Positions 11,601-23,600 of a stretch of 64,000 bases of DNA are shown one piece after another. Positions within the stretch are counted from its first letter, which is position 1, and every line of letters begins with the position of its first letter. The position numbers and the translations under genes are program-made. The notes below the pieces were generated by a model, which saw only the letters and a program-made list of their open reading frames with translations, searched no databases and had not been told where the DNA came from. Origin of the DNA: Glaucostegus cemiculus (taxonomy: Eukaryota); the NCBI GenBank assembly GCA_976551045.1, contig CDPCPM010000073.1, positions 28,272,001-28,336,000 on the forward strand. The letters run 5' to 3'.

Positions 11601-14600
11601 GGGTCCCTGGATTATTAGTTATGGTGTCTGGGTTACTAGTCCAGTAATTTAACCACTGTGCCACTAATGATACCCATATTTGTTACCTGAACTCTGACTT
11701 CATTTTATACACCTGGTATTGGGCAGCAGCAATTTTTTAAATAGAATTTATTAAATTTCAGAGCCACCATGGATTTCACCTGTTTTTTTGAAAAGTGTGC
11801 TCCTTCAAGAAATTGCATTGTTCCCCTCACCCCTCACAAAAAGTTATTTTCTCCATGATTGAACTAACAATAATATTTATTTAAAATAAACAATATTGGT
11901 AATATTCAACAACAATTAAGCAATATCCGTATAGAAATAAATAATGTTTTAGGTTGATGGCCTTGCATCAAAAGTGGGAATAGTTAGGAATGCACTGGTC
12001 TGACAAGGCAGAAAGGGGGTTAGGGAGGAGAGAAGAAAAGGGGAGGTCCATGATAGGGTGGAGGGCAGGAACAATTTGTTTTTTTTTCCTTCTGCCCATT
12101 CATTCTTTTTTTCCCTCTCTAGCAATGCCATACTCTTCTTTATGCATACAATTTGCCACTCAACAGAGACAGCAAGCAAGTCAGCAACAGACTGCGCCGT
12201 TTGTCTGATAACTGCGGTGGAAAAGTTTTAAGCATTACCGGCAGCAGCGCAATCCTTCGTTTTACAAGCCAGGAAAGTGCCGAGCGTGCACAGAAGCGTA
12301 TGGAGAATGAAGATGTGTTTGGCAATAAGATTCTTGTATCATTTACACCAAAAAATAAAGATCTTTGTGAAAGCAAAAATAACTGCTTAACAGTTGAAAA
12401 GACAAAATCCCCTAAAAAGGCAAGTAAACTTGCAAAACACTCTCAGCTGAATAAAGACCTTGATGAACAATCACACAATGGAAAAAATTCTACTGTAAAG
12501 AACTCACGGACATCCCAAGGATCAGCAGTTAAAAATGGAAAGGTCAGAAGTTTGCAGGTAAATAGTTCATTTAATGCCCCTCTGATTATATATGACTTCA
12601 TAGGAAGATCAGCAAAAAAAGTGTTCAATTTTTGTACAAGTGGAGAAAGTATAAAAAGGGTTTAAGTTATGATGGCAGATAAAAGTAATATTTGCAATCC
12701 AGCATAACATGAACTTTCATTTTGTTTGGTTCATATGGGGCAAGGTAATACGCTATCAGTCAGTGAAGCTAAAGTAGTGAATCAACATGACTCAAATCTT
12801 CTAGGTAGACATACAAAAGATATCACACTAAATTCATTCTTCCCAGACATTACCATGCAATAAATCTGCTGAAAGTCTATGTTCATCCATCAGCAGGTTA
12901 ATAAAAAGAACATTGAGCACACAGTCAAATTTCACTGTTCTGACTGCTCAAACGAAGTACTGGAGAGCAATCATTTTGGGCCAGAATATCCAACCATCTA
13001 CACATTCGCTTATTTGGTAGTAAAGGCTGCAACGCTTACCGTTTGACAATACCTCATCAGCTAGAAGTTCAACAGTCAGGTCAATTATTCAGCCCTGGGA
13101 GAAAGATTGATAGCTAGCCTGCCATCACTTCATTCAGTCATCATCACATCAGTTTCACATATTATCATCAGAGTCCCACTCAGCCAGAGGTTTCATGATA
13201 ACATCATCTGGCTTACCCTTTGCCCCCAGCAATCTGTCCAGACTCCACACGCCACCCTGATCATTTGCATCATCGCTCTCCTGATCCCCCTCCCTGAAAC
13301 ATCTGGCTCCTTGCAAACCCAACTGTGATCCCCATTTTACCCTCTCCACCCCAAAATAAATAGCAGACTCCTCCCTTGTAAGGAATGAAGATACTGGGAT
13401 AATGTTCATGTTACGTGGACACACAGCATTATTCCAGCATTGGTCACGTAGGATCACCTGTGTGAACACACTTCAAATTGTTAAATCTAATGTTATTCCC
13501 ACTGAGACAGAAATTTGGGTAAACTGTTTTAATAGTCCAGGATCCTCCCAGTTTTATTTTTCACTCTTTAGTTAACTGCTGAGGCAGCAAAGCAGCCTGT
13601 TCCCAAAGTGAAATTATATTTGAAGTGGACAGCCAATTAAGTGCTAGGTCTTTGCTCATCTATTCCCTCCAGAGGAGCTAATTTACAAACTGAAGTCCAT
13701 TGAAGACTAATTGATTTTGTTGGAGAAATTTAATCTACATCAGAGCCCCAGCATTAAAGTAACTTTCTCTTTGCCTTGGGAAGTGAGTGAGTTATGAAAA
13801 TCAGAAGAAAGCATTAGGAAACACCTGGTTTCTTTTCCTCCCCCCGCCCAAAAAAAAAGACATGGTACTTGTCCTGTGATTGCAGAAGTTTTGTGGAAAT
13901 CCCCATCTCTCACTATCCCCCACAAATTCCTTCACTCTGTAATAGAGGTTTATAGGCTATCAGTGCAAATGGCAAGAACTATAGTTAGTCACTGGTCTTA
14001 ACTTAAGAAATAAACTGCATTGTGGAAGATTCAGGAAGGTGCATCAGATAGGATCTAGATAGAAAAGGAGGTTTGATCTTCATCAATACTTCTTTCACTT
14101 CTGGATTTTGCTATTGATTTGGAGATTCTCCATCACACAACAGACAGAAAGGATATTCAAGTGGAGGGGTCTTGTCAACTTGTCCTCTCCTGCTCATACA
14201 GTACCTCAGGTGTGTTGGAATCTGCTTAAGATATCAGTAACAAATTAATATCAGAAAGATGTCAAAATATTAAATGCAATGCCCCCAACATTCATTTTCC
14301 CTTCTGCATCCCAGACTGATCCAGAGACTTCTTTCTTTTTCATGGTATCACTTAGACTGAAGCCTCCTGTCACTCAGCAATCCAGTGCACTAAAATATCT
14401 TGGCAAAACCTCAATTGCTGCAACCAGAAGATTCCCCTGACACAAACTAAGAGACTCTTCACTACCATCGCAGTCTCGAGGCATCAAAAAGCTGAAGGTC
14501 ATTGTCTCAGTGAGCAAGTCCATTAGTTCCATCACTATTTGCTATGAAAAGACAGGAATTTCCTGATAGTTACAGCAGTAACTGCCAGTCAGTAGGTCAG

Positions 14601-17600
14601 CCAGTCCAGCCCATTGATTGACACCAATTTAAAGTACAGAGGGGCAAAGTAGAGAAAACTGTCAGATCTTCACAAGTATAAGTAATATTTTTCTATGAAA
14701 TACAATTATTTCTGTTAATCCCAAAATGAATCCAAAATGCACATAAAACCTCAAATCACAACCATTCTACCCAGAGACTTGTCTTCTTTAGAATAACATC
14801 CCATCCTTCCCTACATCCTGGTATTGTGTACACAATTGTCTACTATTTAACACTGTAAGTTAGTTCCAATTCCTTTATAAAAGCAATGATTGGCCAAGTA
14901 GCAGTGCCATTATTGCTTTTGTTGAAGGGTATATACACTTTTTTTAAAGTCCAGTAAATTGTGACAAATTTTGAACTGTTGTCTTTACCCCATAACTTTA
15001 AAACTGAAACATTGATGGAAAGCTGCATGTGGCTGCCAAGTGACACAATTAACATTGTTTCAAATTGCCAAAGAGATTTATATTATCTTTCCCATTCAAA
15101 TCTTGTAAATTGAATGCATAATTTCAAATAAATTAACTATTTTACCTGGTTTAATTTCTGGGCTATAAACGGAAGTTTTTGAGTTGAAAATCTATCCAAT
15201 TTTACAGTTTCTTTTTGGAATCTGTCACTCTTCTTACATTGTTATGCATGAATTTGCTTGACAACAAGGTGAAATTGACTTACAATGGTCCTTCCCTTGG
15301 GCAAAGAATCACCTGTCACCTAAGCAATTTACTAAGAGTGCAACTCATCACCTTTAATTGGTTAAGAAATGGGATTAAATTGATGGAATGGGGGGGGGGG
15401 GTTGCTTTTCCTTAATAGACTGAACTTTTTTTAATATGTTTCTACACTTTACTGACAGTGCTATATCACCTTAACTATGTATACATTTACAACATTTTTA
15501 ATTTACCTTCTGAACTATTCCTGTCCACCAGTTACTAAAACAGCAGTCTACTATTGTCATAATCAACATACTTGGTTATGTGCTGTGGAACCATATGTGA
15601 AGGTGTATTGCATTAATCCACATTGCAATTTCCTGCTCCCCAAAAAAGATGGACTGTTTAAAAAAATATGAAACATGAGTATTCAAGCCTTTTTCCACTT
15701 TACAGTGTTACTGAAACCTACTGGGCTGATTCTTACTGGCCCAAACTTGCCATGCACTGGCTCTTTATTACCATATTTAGCAGATCAAGGTGAGTAAGGT
15801 CTATATCCATAATTAGAAGCTTCCCAGCAGCATTTCCTGAGCATAGTGAAGTACACCATTGGAAACCCCACCCTGAAAGCTTTCATAGCCAGTAGAACCT
15901 CTATTCCAGCTTTGCTGGTCATAAAAACTGTGAGGGTCATTTGATAGTTTTTAAATATGTCTAACATTCAGGATATCTAAAGACATTAATTGGTAAATAT
16001 GATTATAAAATAAAATGAGTGAAAATACATAACTTCATGAAGCTAATGAAATTAAAAGAAAAATATCTTGCCCTATGCTTTACATCCACAACACTACAAT
16101 CCTTTTGAAATCAGTGAGTCCTTGGGTCCTGGGCCACATGAATGCTGGTGCAGGACCTGAAAGTCAATTCCACACCATAAATCCACCACAGGACTCCAAT
16201 TGGAATTCAGCAGTGGAGAGAACTGAAGGATTTGGCATTCTACATCTGTCAGTAAATTTTTGATTTCACAATGATTGTACTGCAGCCCATTTTGCTTGCA
16301 CTTACCAACAAAATTAAGCTGTCTTCTCATGACTGAGTCCTTGAGATGGTGAGCACAAAAGCCTGATTAACACCCCAGTGCAACTGAAATGTAGCTATTC
16401 CAGAAAACAGATTAGCTTTCAACCCTAAGCTGAGTTGCCATATTTTAAAAAAAGTGACTGGACTAATACATAATTCATCATATATGAAATATATTTATGG
16501 ATGACAAGGCACAATATTACAGCCAGATCTTTATTCTTCACCATTACTTGTGTTTTATTGTTTGTTAGACCTTGAAATTTTTGCTCACTCAACTGTGAAT
16601 GTTGTGCAAATTAGAAATCTTCATGTTTACTTACCCATAAAGATCCTGGTTAATTTTCAGAACAATTCAGGAATACCCTCTCCATCAGATAAAACTCAGC
16701 AAGACAAGTAATTATTATGTTAAACTCCCTTTGAAGAGATATAGCTGGGTAATGAGAAATCAGACTAAAATCTATTTCACTAGAAGTGCTGTTTAAATGT
16801 ATGATTGGAACTTTCTTTTGTATGTGGAACTATTGTAGTATAGACTGGCCCATCTCATAATTTGTTGTCTTTTAAACTAGTATAGGTTCAATTTCAAAAT
16901 GTGCCACAGAAAGAATCTAAGAAGCCCAATCTTGCTGGTATTCTATGCAGGTATTCCCCTGTTGAAATGGAAACAACAAATTATGGAAGGCTGATACTCA
17001 CATTGAAATGTTAGCTTTATTAAATTGTTATGATGGAATGGATAGTCTATGTGAAGTCTTTTTTCTGGAAAATAGAATGCCTTTGTCCATCCTTATAAGA
17101 ATAAGAGTCACTAATTGAGATTTTTTTGGTGAATTTTTTAACCAGTTTCTTTCCTAAAACTCAATGTCAAACTTTGATTAAATAGTGTGAAAATGTACTA
17201 AAGCAAGAGTTTTTTTTGGAAACATGGTAGGCAGTCAGTATCTGGAAAGAACAGTGTATATTTTTAGCAAAATTTACTTATTTAGTCAGTATACTACTTT
17301 CTTGACACAAGCATATACTTTTAAATACAGATTTACAAGCTAAAACCAGAGAATTATCTAGTTCAGGTAAACTTTAAGGTAGTTTTTACAAGGTAGTTAA
17401 TGCTGCAAATGTAATTCAGAAGTGATTAATTAGATAATGATAGATTTGAGTACTACAGGTGTTTTGCATGAAAAGGTAGAAAATGAGTCACCTCCTTACC
17501 TCTCCAAAAGTAAAACGATGAAATAACTTTATTTCACATAGTCCTTGGAGCTAAGCAGCTGATGTGGTAGTTGTTTGCCCTATGGTATGGAAGTTTAGAG

Positions 17601-20600
17601 TCCAATATAGTGCTTTGGCTATATGCTTAACACTTCAGTTTGGAATCTTCTAGTCCTCTCTGGTAGACCTATCATTATCCCATGTGAATGAGGGACTGCA
17701 GTTAAACAGCTTCTCTGCAAGTGAATATTGAATTTTATCAGCGTTTCTACTGGTTTACAAAAGCCTTTCAGGTTTCAGTAAACACAAATGGAATTTTTTT
17801 TAAAAAGTTAACTTTTAATGTCTCATTATCATAATCTGTCTTGAAGTAATTGGAACTTGAAATAGTAAGTATTTGCTCTTTTATTCTTATGATGCTGAAT
17901 TGATACAAATAATACTGAGTAATACAAATATCAAAGCTATTCCTAAACTGTACTTACATCACAGTTACTTTGCAACTGTATTTATTCAATGGACATGTAA
18001 ATGTTTACCTTGTAGATTAATGATAACATGCTAACTAAATTATAATGCACTGAGTTTTATGAACTCTGGAAATGTATTTTAAGCGCTTTCACAAACTGAC
18101 TAGTTATTTCTTGAAATTTGGAAAATGAAAGTAGGTATCAGAATAAATGTCAAAGGTGTGTAAAGATATAAGTAAAAGTGAGTTTGGTGGTTATGACAGT
18201 ATTAAATAAATAGTATTGAAATAATTGAAGTTCAAGGGAAACAACCTGATTGTCTATACTTCTAATTTTATTAAATTTAGTCTTTAAAACTCCACTATTT
18301 CTGTCCCTACTCTCCAGCTTAGCTTTAACAAAACATTGTATCTTTCAAAAATCTTGTACCTCCTAGCAATGACTTGGAGAATGAGGTTTAACCTTCTCAG
18401 TTAAGTTTAACACTTGGGATTTTGGTTTATTCAACACTTAATAAACAAGGAAAATGGTTTTAAAACTTATACCGATATAACTATTGAAGTCACTTTGTAC
18501 ACTGTTGCACAGTTTTAACTGGTTAATTATTTATTTTATAAGGAACTCTGTGGTATGGAATCCAAAACCAAGCAAAGTGTACGGACACAACAGATCAAAA
18601 AGCAAGGAACTGACTCTCCACCAATAAGCCATTCTGTTTACTCCCCAGCTCCTCCTCCTAAAAATACAGGAAATGGAGATTCTTTCAGTGGAAATACTAA
18701 GTGAGTTCATACTTAACAGCTAAGCTAGCTGAGGAGTAATTGTATCCTTCTGTACTTAAACTTTACACTTTTAGTTCCTTGTATTCTTTTAATTAATTAA
18801 GCACATTGAAGTAAGGAGTAAGCACAGTTTTGATAAGCCATGTCAATTATATGCATTGATGAGAAAATGATAAACTGTTAATTATTGTTAAATCATCAAA
18901 CTGAAAGTGTTAAGTGCTACCTTCAGATTTTTGTCTGTTTAATTTCCAGGCAGTAAAGACTGCTGGAAGTTCATTAATGATTTAGCCTTTGTATGAGAAG
19001 CTAATATTTTGATTAGAATATTATTAAAACTAGAATTAATGCTTTGGCACACTTAATTTAAAGAAGAACTACAATGTCAAAATGTAGCACAGTAATGCTT
19101 TTAACAGAGTAGTGTGAAGAACTGCTAGAATAATGGAATGGATGAAGTACAGTTGTCTGTCCTAATACACGTCTTCAGATGAACTGACAGTATGTCAGTG
19201 TGACCATCAGTGACATCAAAGAAATAGTGGAACAGCGATTATTAGTAGCAAATTACAAAATTTGTGATTCTAACGTCAGAAAGGAGGAGACTAGTTAGCT
19301 ATTAAGTATATTAGTATAATCGACTCTCCCATGGTCTATACCTAGTCCATTGACTAAGGTTCAATCTGAATTTATCAGTTTAAAAAAAACCTGATGAGCG
19401 TTGCCTTTGTTGATTGCACTAGCATCTACCCTGTGGACCATGAGCCCATCAGTGAACATCAGGTCATCATTTCCCAGATTGGGCAAGTTGCCTTGTGTGA
19501 CAACAATTTCCAAACTTGGACCCATACCTTCCCCCACCTCCCCCCAAATCATGTATACCTGATTTCTATCCTACTATCCAAAATCCACAAGCAGTACTGC
19601 CTGGAAGACACCACTTGAATCCTTTTCTTGGAACTTAATACTTGTACCTTGAATCTTTTTTCTTTCTCAATGTCCTCTTTAAGTAACAGTAACTTTTTGT
19701 CCCTCTTAATTTCCTTACCTTGCTGGGCACAGCTTGAGGGCTCTCCATGTCATCCTTGAATGGAGGCCAGCTCATTCTTCCATCATTCTCTGAGGTGGCT
19801 GAACTTGGTCTTTTATTTAATTTTTTTTTAACATAGAACATACTCTTTATCTTCTAATAAAAGGGTATTGTTGAGGGAACTTTTGAATGGATCCAAGTTA
19901 TGCCTTCCACTTTGTGGAATAATTGGAAGTTCCAACCTGCCTTGGGTCTCCTCCCTTACCTGTCTTTCTGGCATACTGAAACTGTACTTATTTCTCTCTT
20001 CCTAACCTGGAATTCTTCATGATATCTGCCAGTTACCTCCTTTCCTGCACCATTCTATGATCCATATTGTTTCATTATTTAAATTTCAGGCCTATGCTAG
20101 ATACCAGTATCTATTACAATCCCTCTATTTCTGTTGCATCTATTCTACAGATGGCATTTTCTCAATTGTTTATTATCTCTTTTTCCTGAATTGGGGATTC
20201 ATTTAGTATTTGTTCCCTTTCTTTTGCTCTTCTGCCTTCACCCGTGTCCTCAGTCTCTGAATCCAGGTGTGCTCCCTTGTCCTTGCCTCCCACCCTCAAG
20301 CTTCAGAGATGGTCCTCCTTTCCTCCTCTAACATTCAAAAGGAACCATTTCCAACAGGCCACCATGGCCCACTTCTTTCTCACCCACTTAGCAAGGCATC
20401 TTCCTATACAATTACAGGAGATACAACACCTTACCACCTCCCCACCATAGAGAGTTTTAGTTACTCTCAAGGTAAAATGTTTGTATGCCACTCCCTGGCC
20501 CTACACTCATCTCTGGAGTATTTGGACAGTAAAGACTCCTGCATAAGACTATTGTTTATTGACTCTACTATAATTCCAAGCAAACAATTCCAAGCAAGAT

Positions 20601-23600
20601 CATCTCCAAACTCCACTCCACCACCCCCCCACCCCCCATCTTTTGCTGTATAAAAAGTATTCAGTTGAGATAAAAGTAGTCTTTGAATGTTGATGTATAA
20701 GTGAAACAAATAAAAAACAATCCCAAGAAATTGCCTAAAAAATGATAAGTACATTTCTGAAAATGTTATTTTCTTAAATAGGGGAGAAACTCCAACTTTT
20801 TCACATTCACTGGAATCTCCTGCAGACAGAACTGAGAAGAAAGATGACTTCCGTGTCAGTTCCCCTTCTGCTTTTTCTAAGTTGTCAATTTCAAGACATA
20901 ACACACCACCTATTACATGCCATGGTTCCTGGTCTGCGAGGTAACTCTTTAAAATTTGACCCACCCTTTAAACAAGACATATAATTTCAAATATATTTGG
21001 AGATAGATATTTGAGATTAATGACTAATAAGAAATAGGAAATTTTAATTTGAGCTTGAAAGTGCCAGTTGAGTGAACTTTTACCGTATGAGAAATGTTTT
21101 GATATTTAGTTCTGGTAAATCATTAATGTTGCCTTTTAAGAGTGTGATGTTGTTTGACTCTTAATAATTATTCTAGGAGCCTATCCCCAAGTCTCTCAAA
21201 CCGCTCCTCTCCTTTAAGCACAAATCAAACTCACTGCTCTGATGCCCAGATGGACCCATTTGCAAATGGAGCCGATGTGCAGGTCAGCAACTTGGATTAC
21301 AGAATGTCCAGAAAGGAACTACATCAAATATTGCATGAGATTTTCATCAGGCATGGCAAGGTAAACTAAATGTTTGGATAGAAAGTAATACTTGAAACTG
21401 AATATTGTTTTGCAGCTACAACAGCAAATCCGTAAGTAATAAAGTCAGTGGTAGCTATGAAACTTTTTGCCATATTTTTAGAACTAATCTTTTAAACTAA
21501 ATTCTTATTTCATGTCTCCCTCCTTTGTTCTCTGTCCAGGAGTTTTTTCTTGTTGAGTTAGAAATCTGGTAGGAGAGTAAACTTCTGGCTTGGTCATTAG
21601 CCATACTAAGCATAATGATGAGAAAACCTATGAATCGTCATACTATTTCACTTTATAGTATGTGGTTAAAACTGTACAAAAAAACTTGTGCATTATTTTT
21701 CAGCTTTCAGAATTTGTATTTGTTCCTGTGCTTTATTTTCACAATTTTAAATCTGATTCTATACTGTCAGTACACTTGTTAGAGTGCTCCTACTCTACAG
21801 TAATGATTTGTTTTGCAGTGCTTTAGGATCTTGTTTTGGGATCCATAAGTTGGCTCAAGTTAGCTCAGTCCTTCTGATTTTTTTAAAAATATATTCTTAC
21901 AATCCATCTCCCTTAGCAATTTCAGATTAAAACCTTTAAATATCTCCTGTAGTGTTTCAGTCATAGTTCAACATACGTTAGTATATGATTTTTTTGATTC
22001 ATGGATTGCCTTTATATTGTGGCTAATGTGCAGCTTGAATGTACATTGAAAGAATAAACATCTGTTTATTCTGTTGTTTCGATGGATTTGCCTCTGAGTA
22101 AATGTATTGGGTGCACTGATCATGTAATGGTTAAATTACTAACTAATGCAGAGGCCCAGCTGTGGGATTTAAATTCAATTAATAATATGTAATTTAAACA
22201 AAAACAAGTCATGAATATTGATTACCACAAGTTGATCTAGTTCACGTATCCTTCTAGAGGAGGAAATCCACCATTCTTACCTGCTCCTCTCTATCTATGA
22301 CTCTAGACCTACCAATGTAGTTGACTTTTAAGTGGCCTACCAAGCCACGTAGTTGTATCATTAAACAACAACATTAAAGACTAAAATGTGCATTTGCAAT
22401 CAACTCTAACCAGCAATGCCAGGTAGATAATCCCTTGGCTTTCTCTGAGATCCTCACCAACAGTCTTAAGCCAACTTGATTCACACCATGATTAGAAAAA
22501 GGAGGTCAAAACCAATCGAGCTGATCACTGTCCGACAATATACTCTCAATTATCAATAAAGTGATGGAAGGTATCATCAGTTGTACTATCAAGTGGCACT
22601 TACTTGCCACTGACGTGCCCTTGGGCTTTGCCAGGGCCCCTTGGCTCCAGTCACCATCACGGCCTTGGTCCAAATAAAGAGCTGAATTCAAGAGGTCAGG
22701 TGCTAGTGACTGCCCTTGACATATTTGACCAAGGTGACATTGAGGATCTCTGGTTAAAATTTGCAATGGTTGAAATTGTATATCACACCCAGGACGAAGA
22801 TTGTGAGAGCTGGAGGTCAGTTATCCCAGCTCCAGGATATCACTGCAAGAGTTCCTCAGGACATTGTCCCAGGCCCAACCACTTTCAGCTGCTTCATCAG
22901 TGACCTTCCTACCATCATGAGGTCAGGAGTGGGGATGTTTGCTGATTGTTTAATTTTGTTTATAATTCAGCAAATGAAGCAATACATGCCTGCATACAAC
23001 AAAACATAGACAATATTTCAAAGCATTAAATGATAAGTGACAAGTAGCATTTGTGCCACAGAGATGTCAGGGAATGACCAACACCAGTGATAGAGTATCT
23101 GACCACCTACCTTTGACTTTGAATGGCACTACTGTCACTGCGTATCCCATCATTAACAGCCTGGGAACCACCATTGACCAAGAACTCAACTAGACCAATC
23201 AGGTAAAAACTAGGCTATCTAAGCAAGTCAGTGATATCCAAAGCCTTGCCATCATTGGCAAGGCACAAGTCAGGAGTGTTTTTTTTTTAAACTCCAACAA
23301 CAATCAATTACCTTGACATTATTCAGCATAGCACCACCTGCTCTATTAACACCCCATCCTCCTCCAGTGCACAGTGGCTATAGTTTATACCACTTAAACT
23401 GTATTAACTTGCCAATCCACCAATACCATCCCAAACCCCCTTTATCAAGAAGGACAAGGGCTTTAGGCATGTGGGAACACAGCGCCATGCAGGATATCCT
23501 CCAATTGGCACATCATCTTCAATTGGAAATGTATCCTCGTTCATTGCTGAACCAAAATCCAGGTGCAACCTGCCCAGTAACATTGTGGGTTTACCTTCAC

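Noticed and set aside
12118-12128. NAGNAG tandem acceptor at exon 7
   Set aside because: Sequence is TAG|CAA, so there is no second AG
20467-20964. 165-aa minus-strand ORF
   Set aside because: Antisense shadow of MARF1 exon 9 plus a Rex1 fragment
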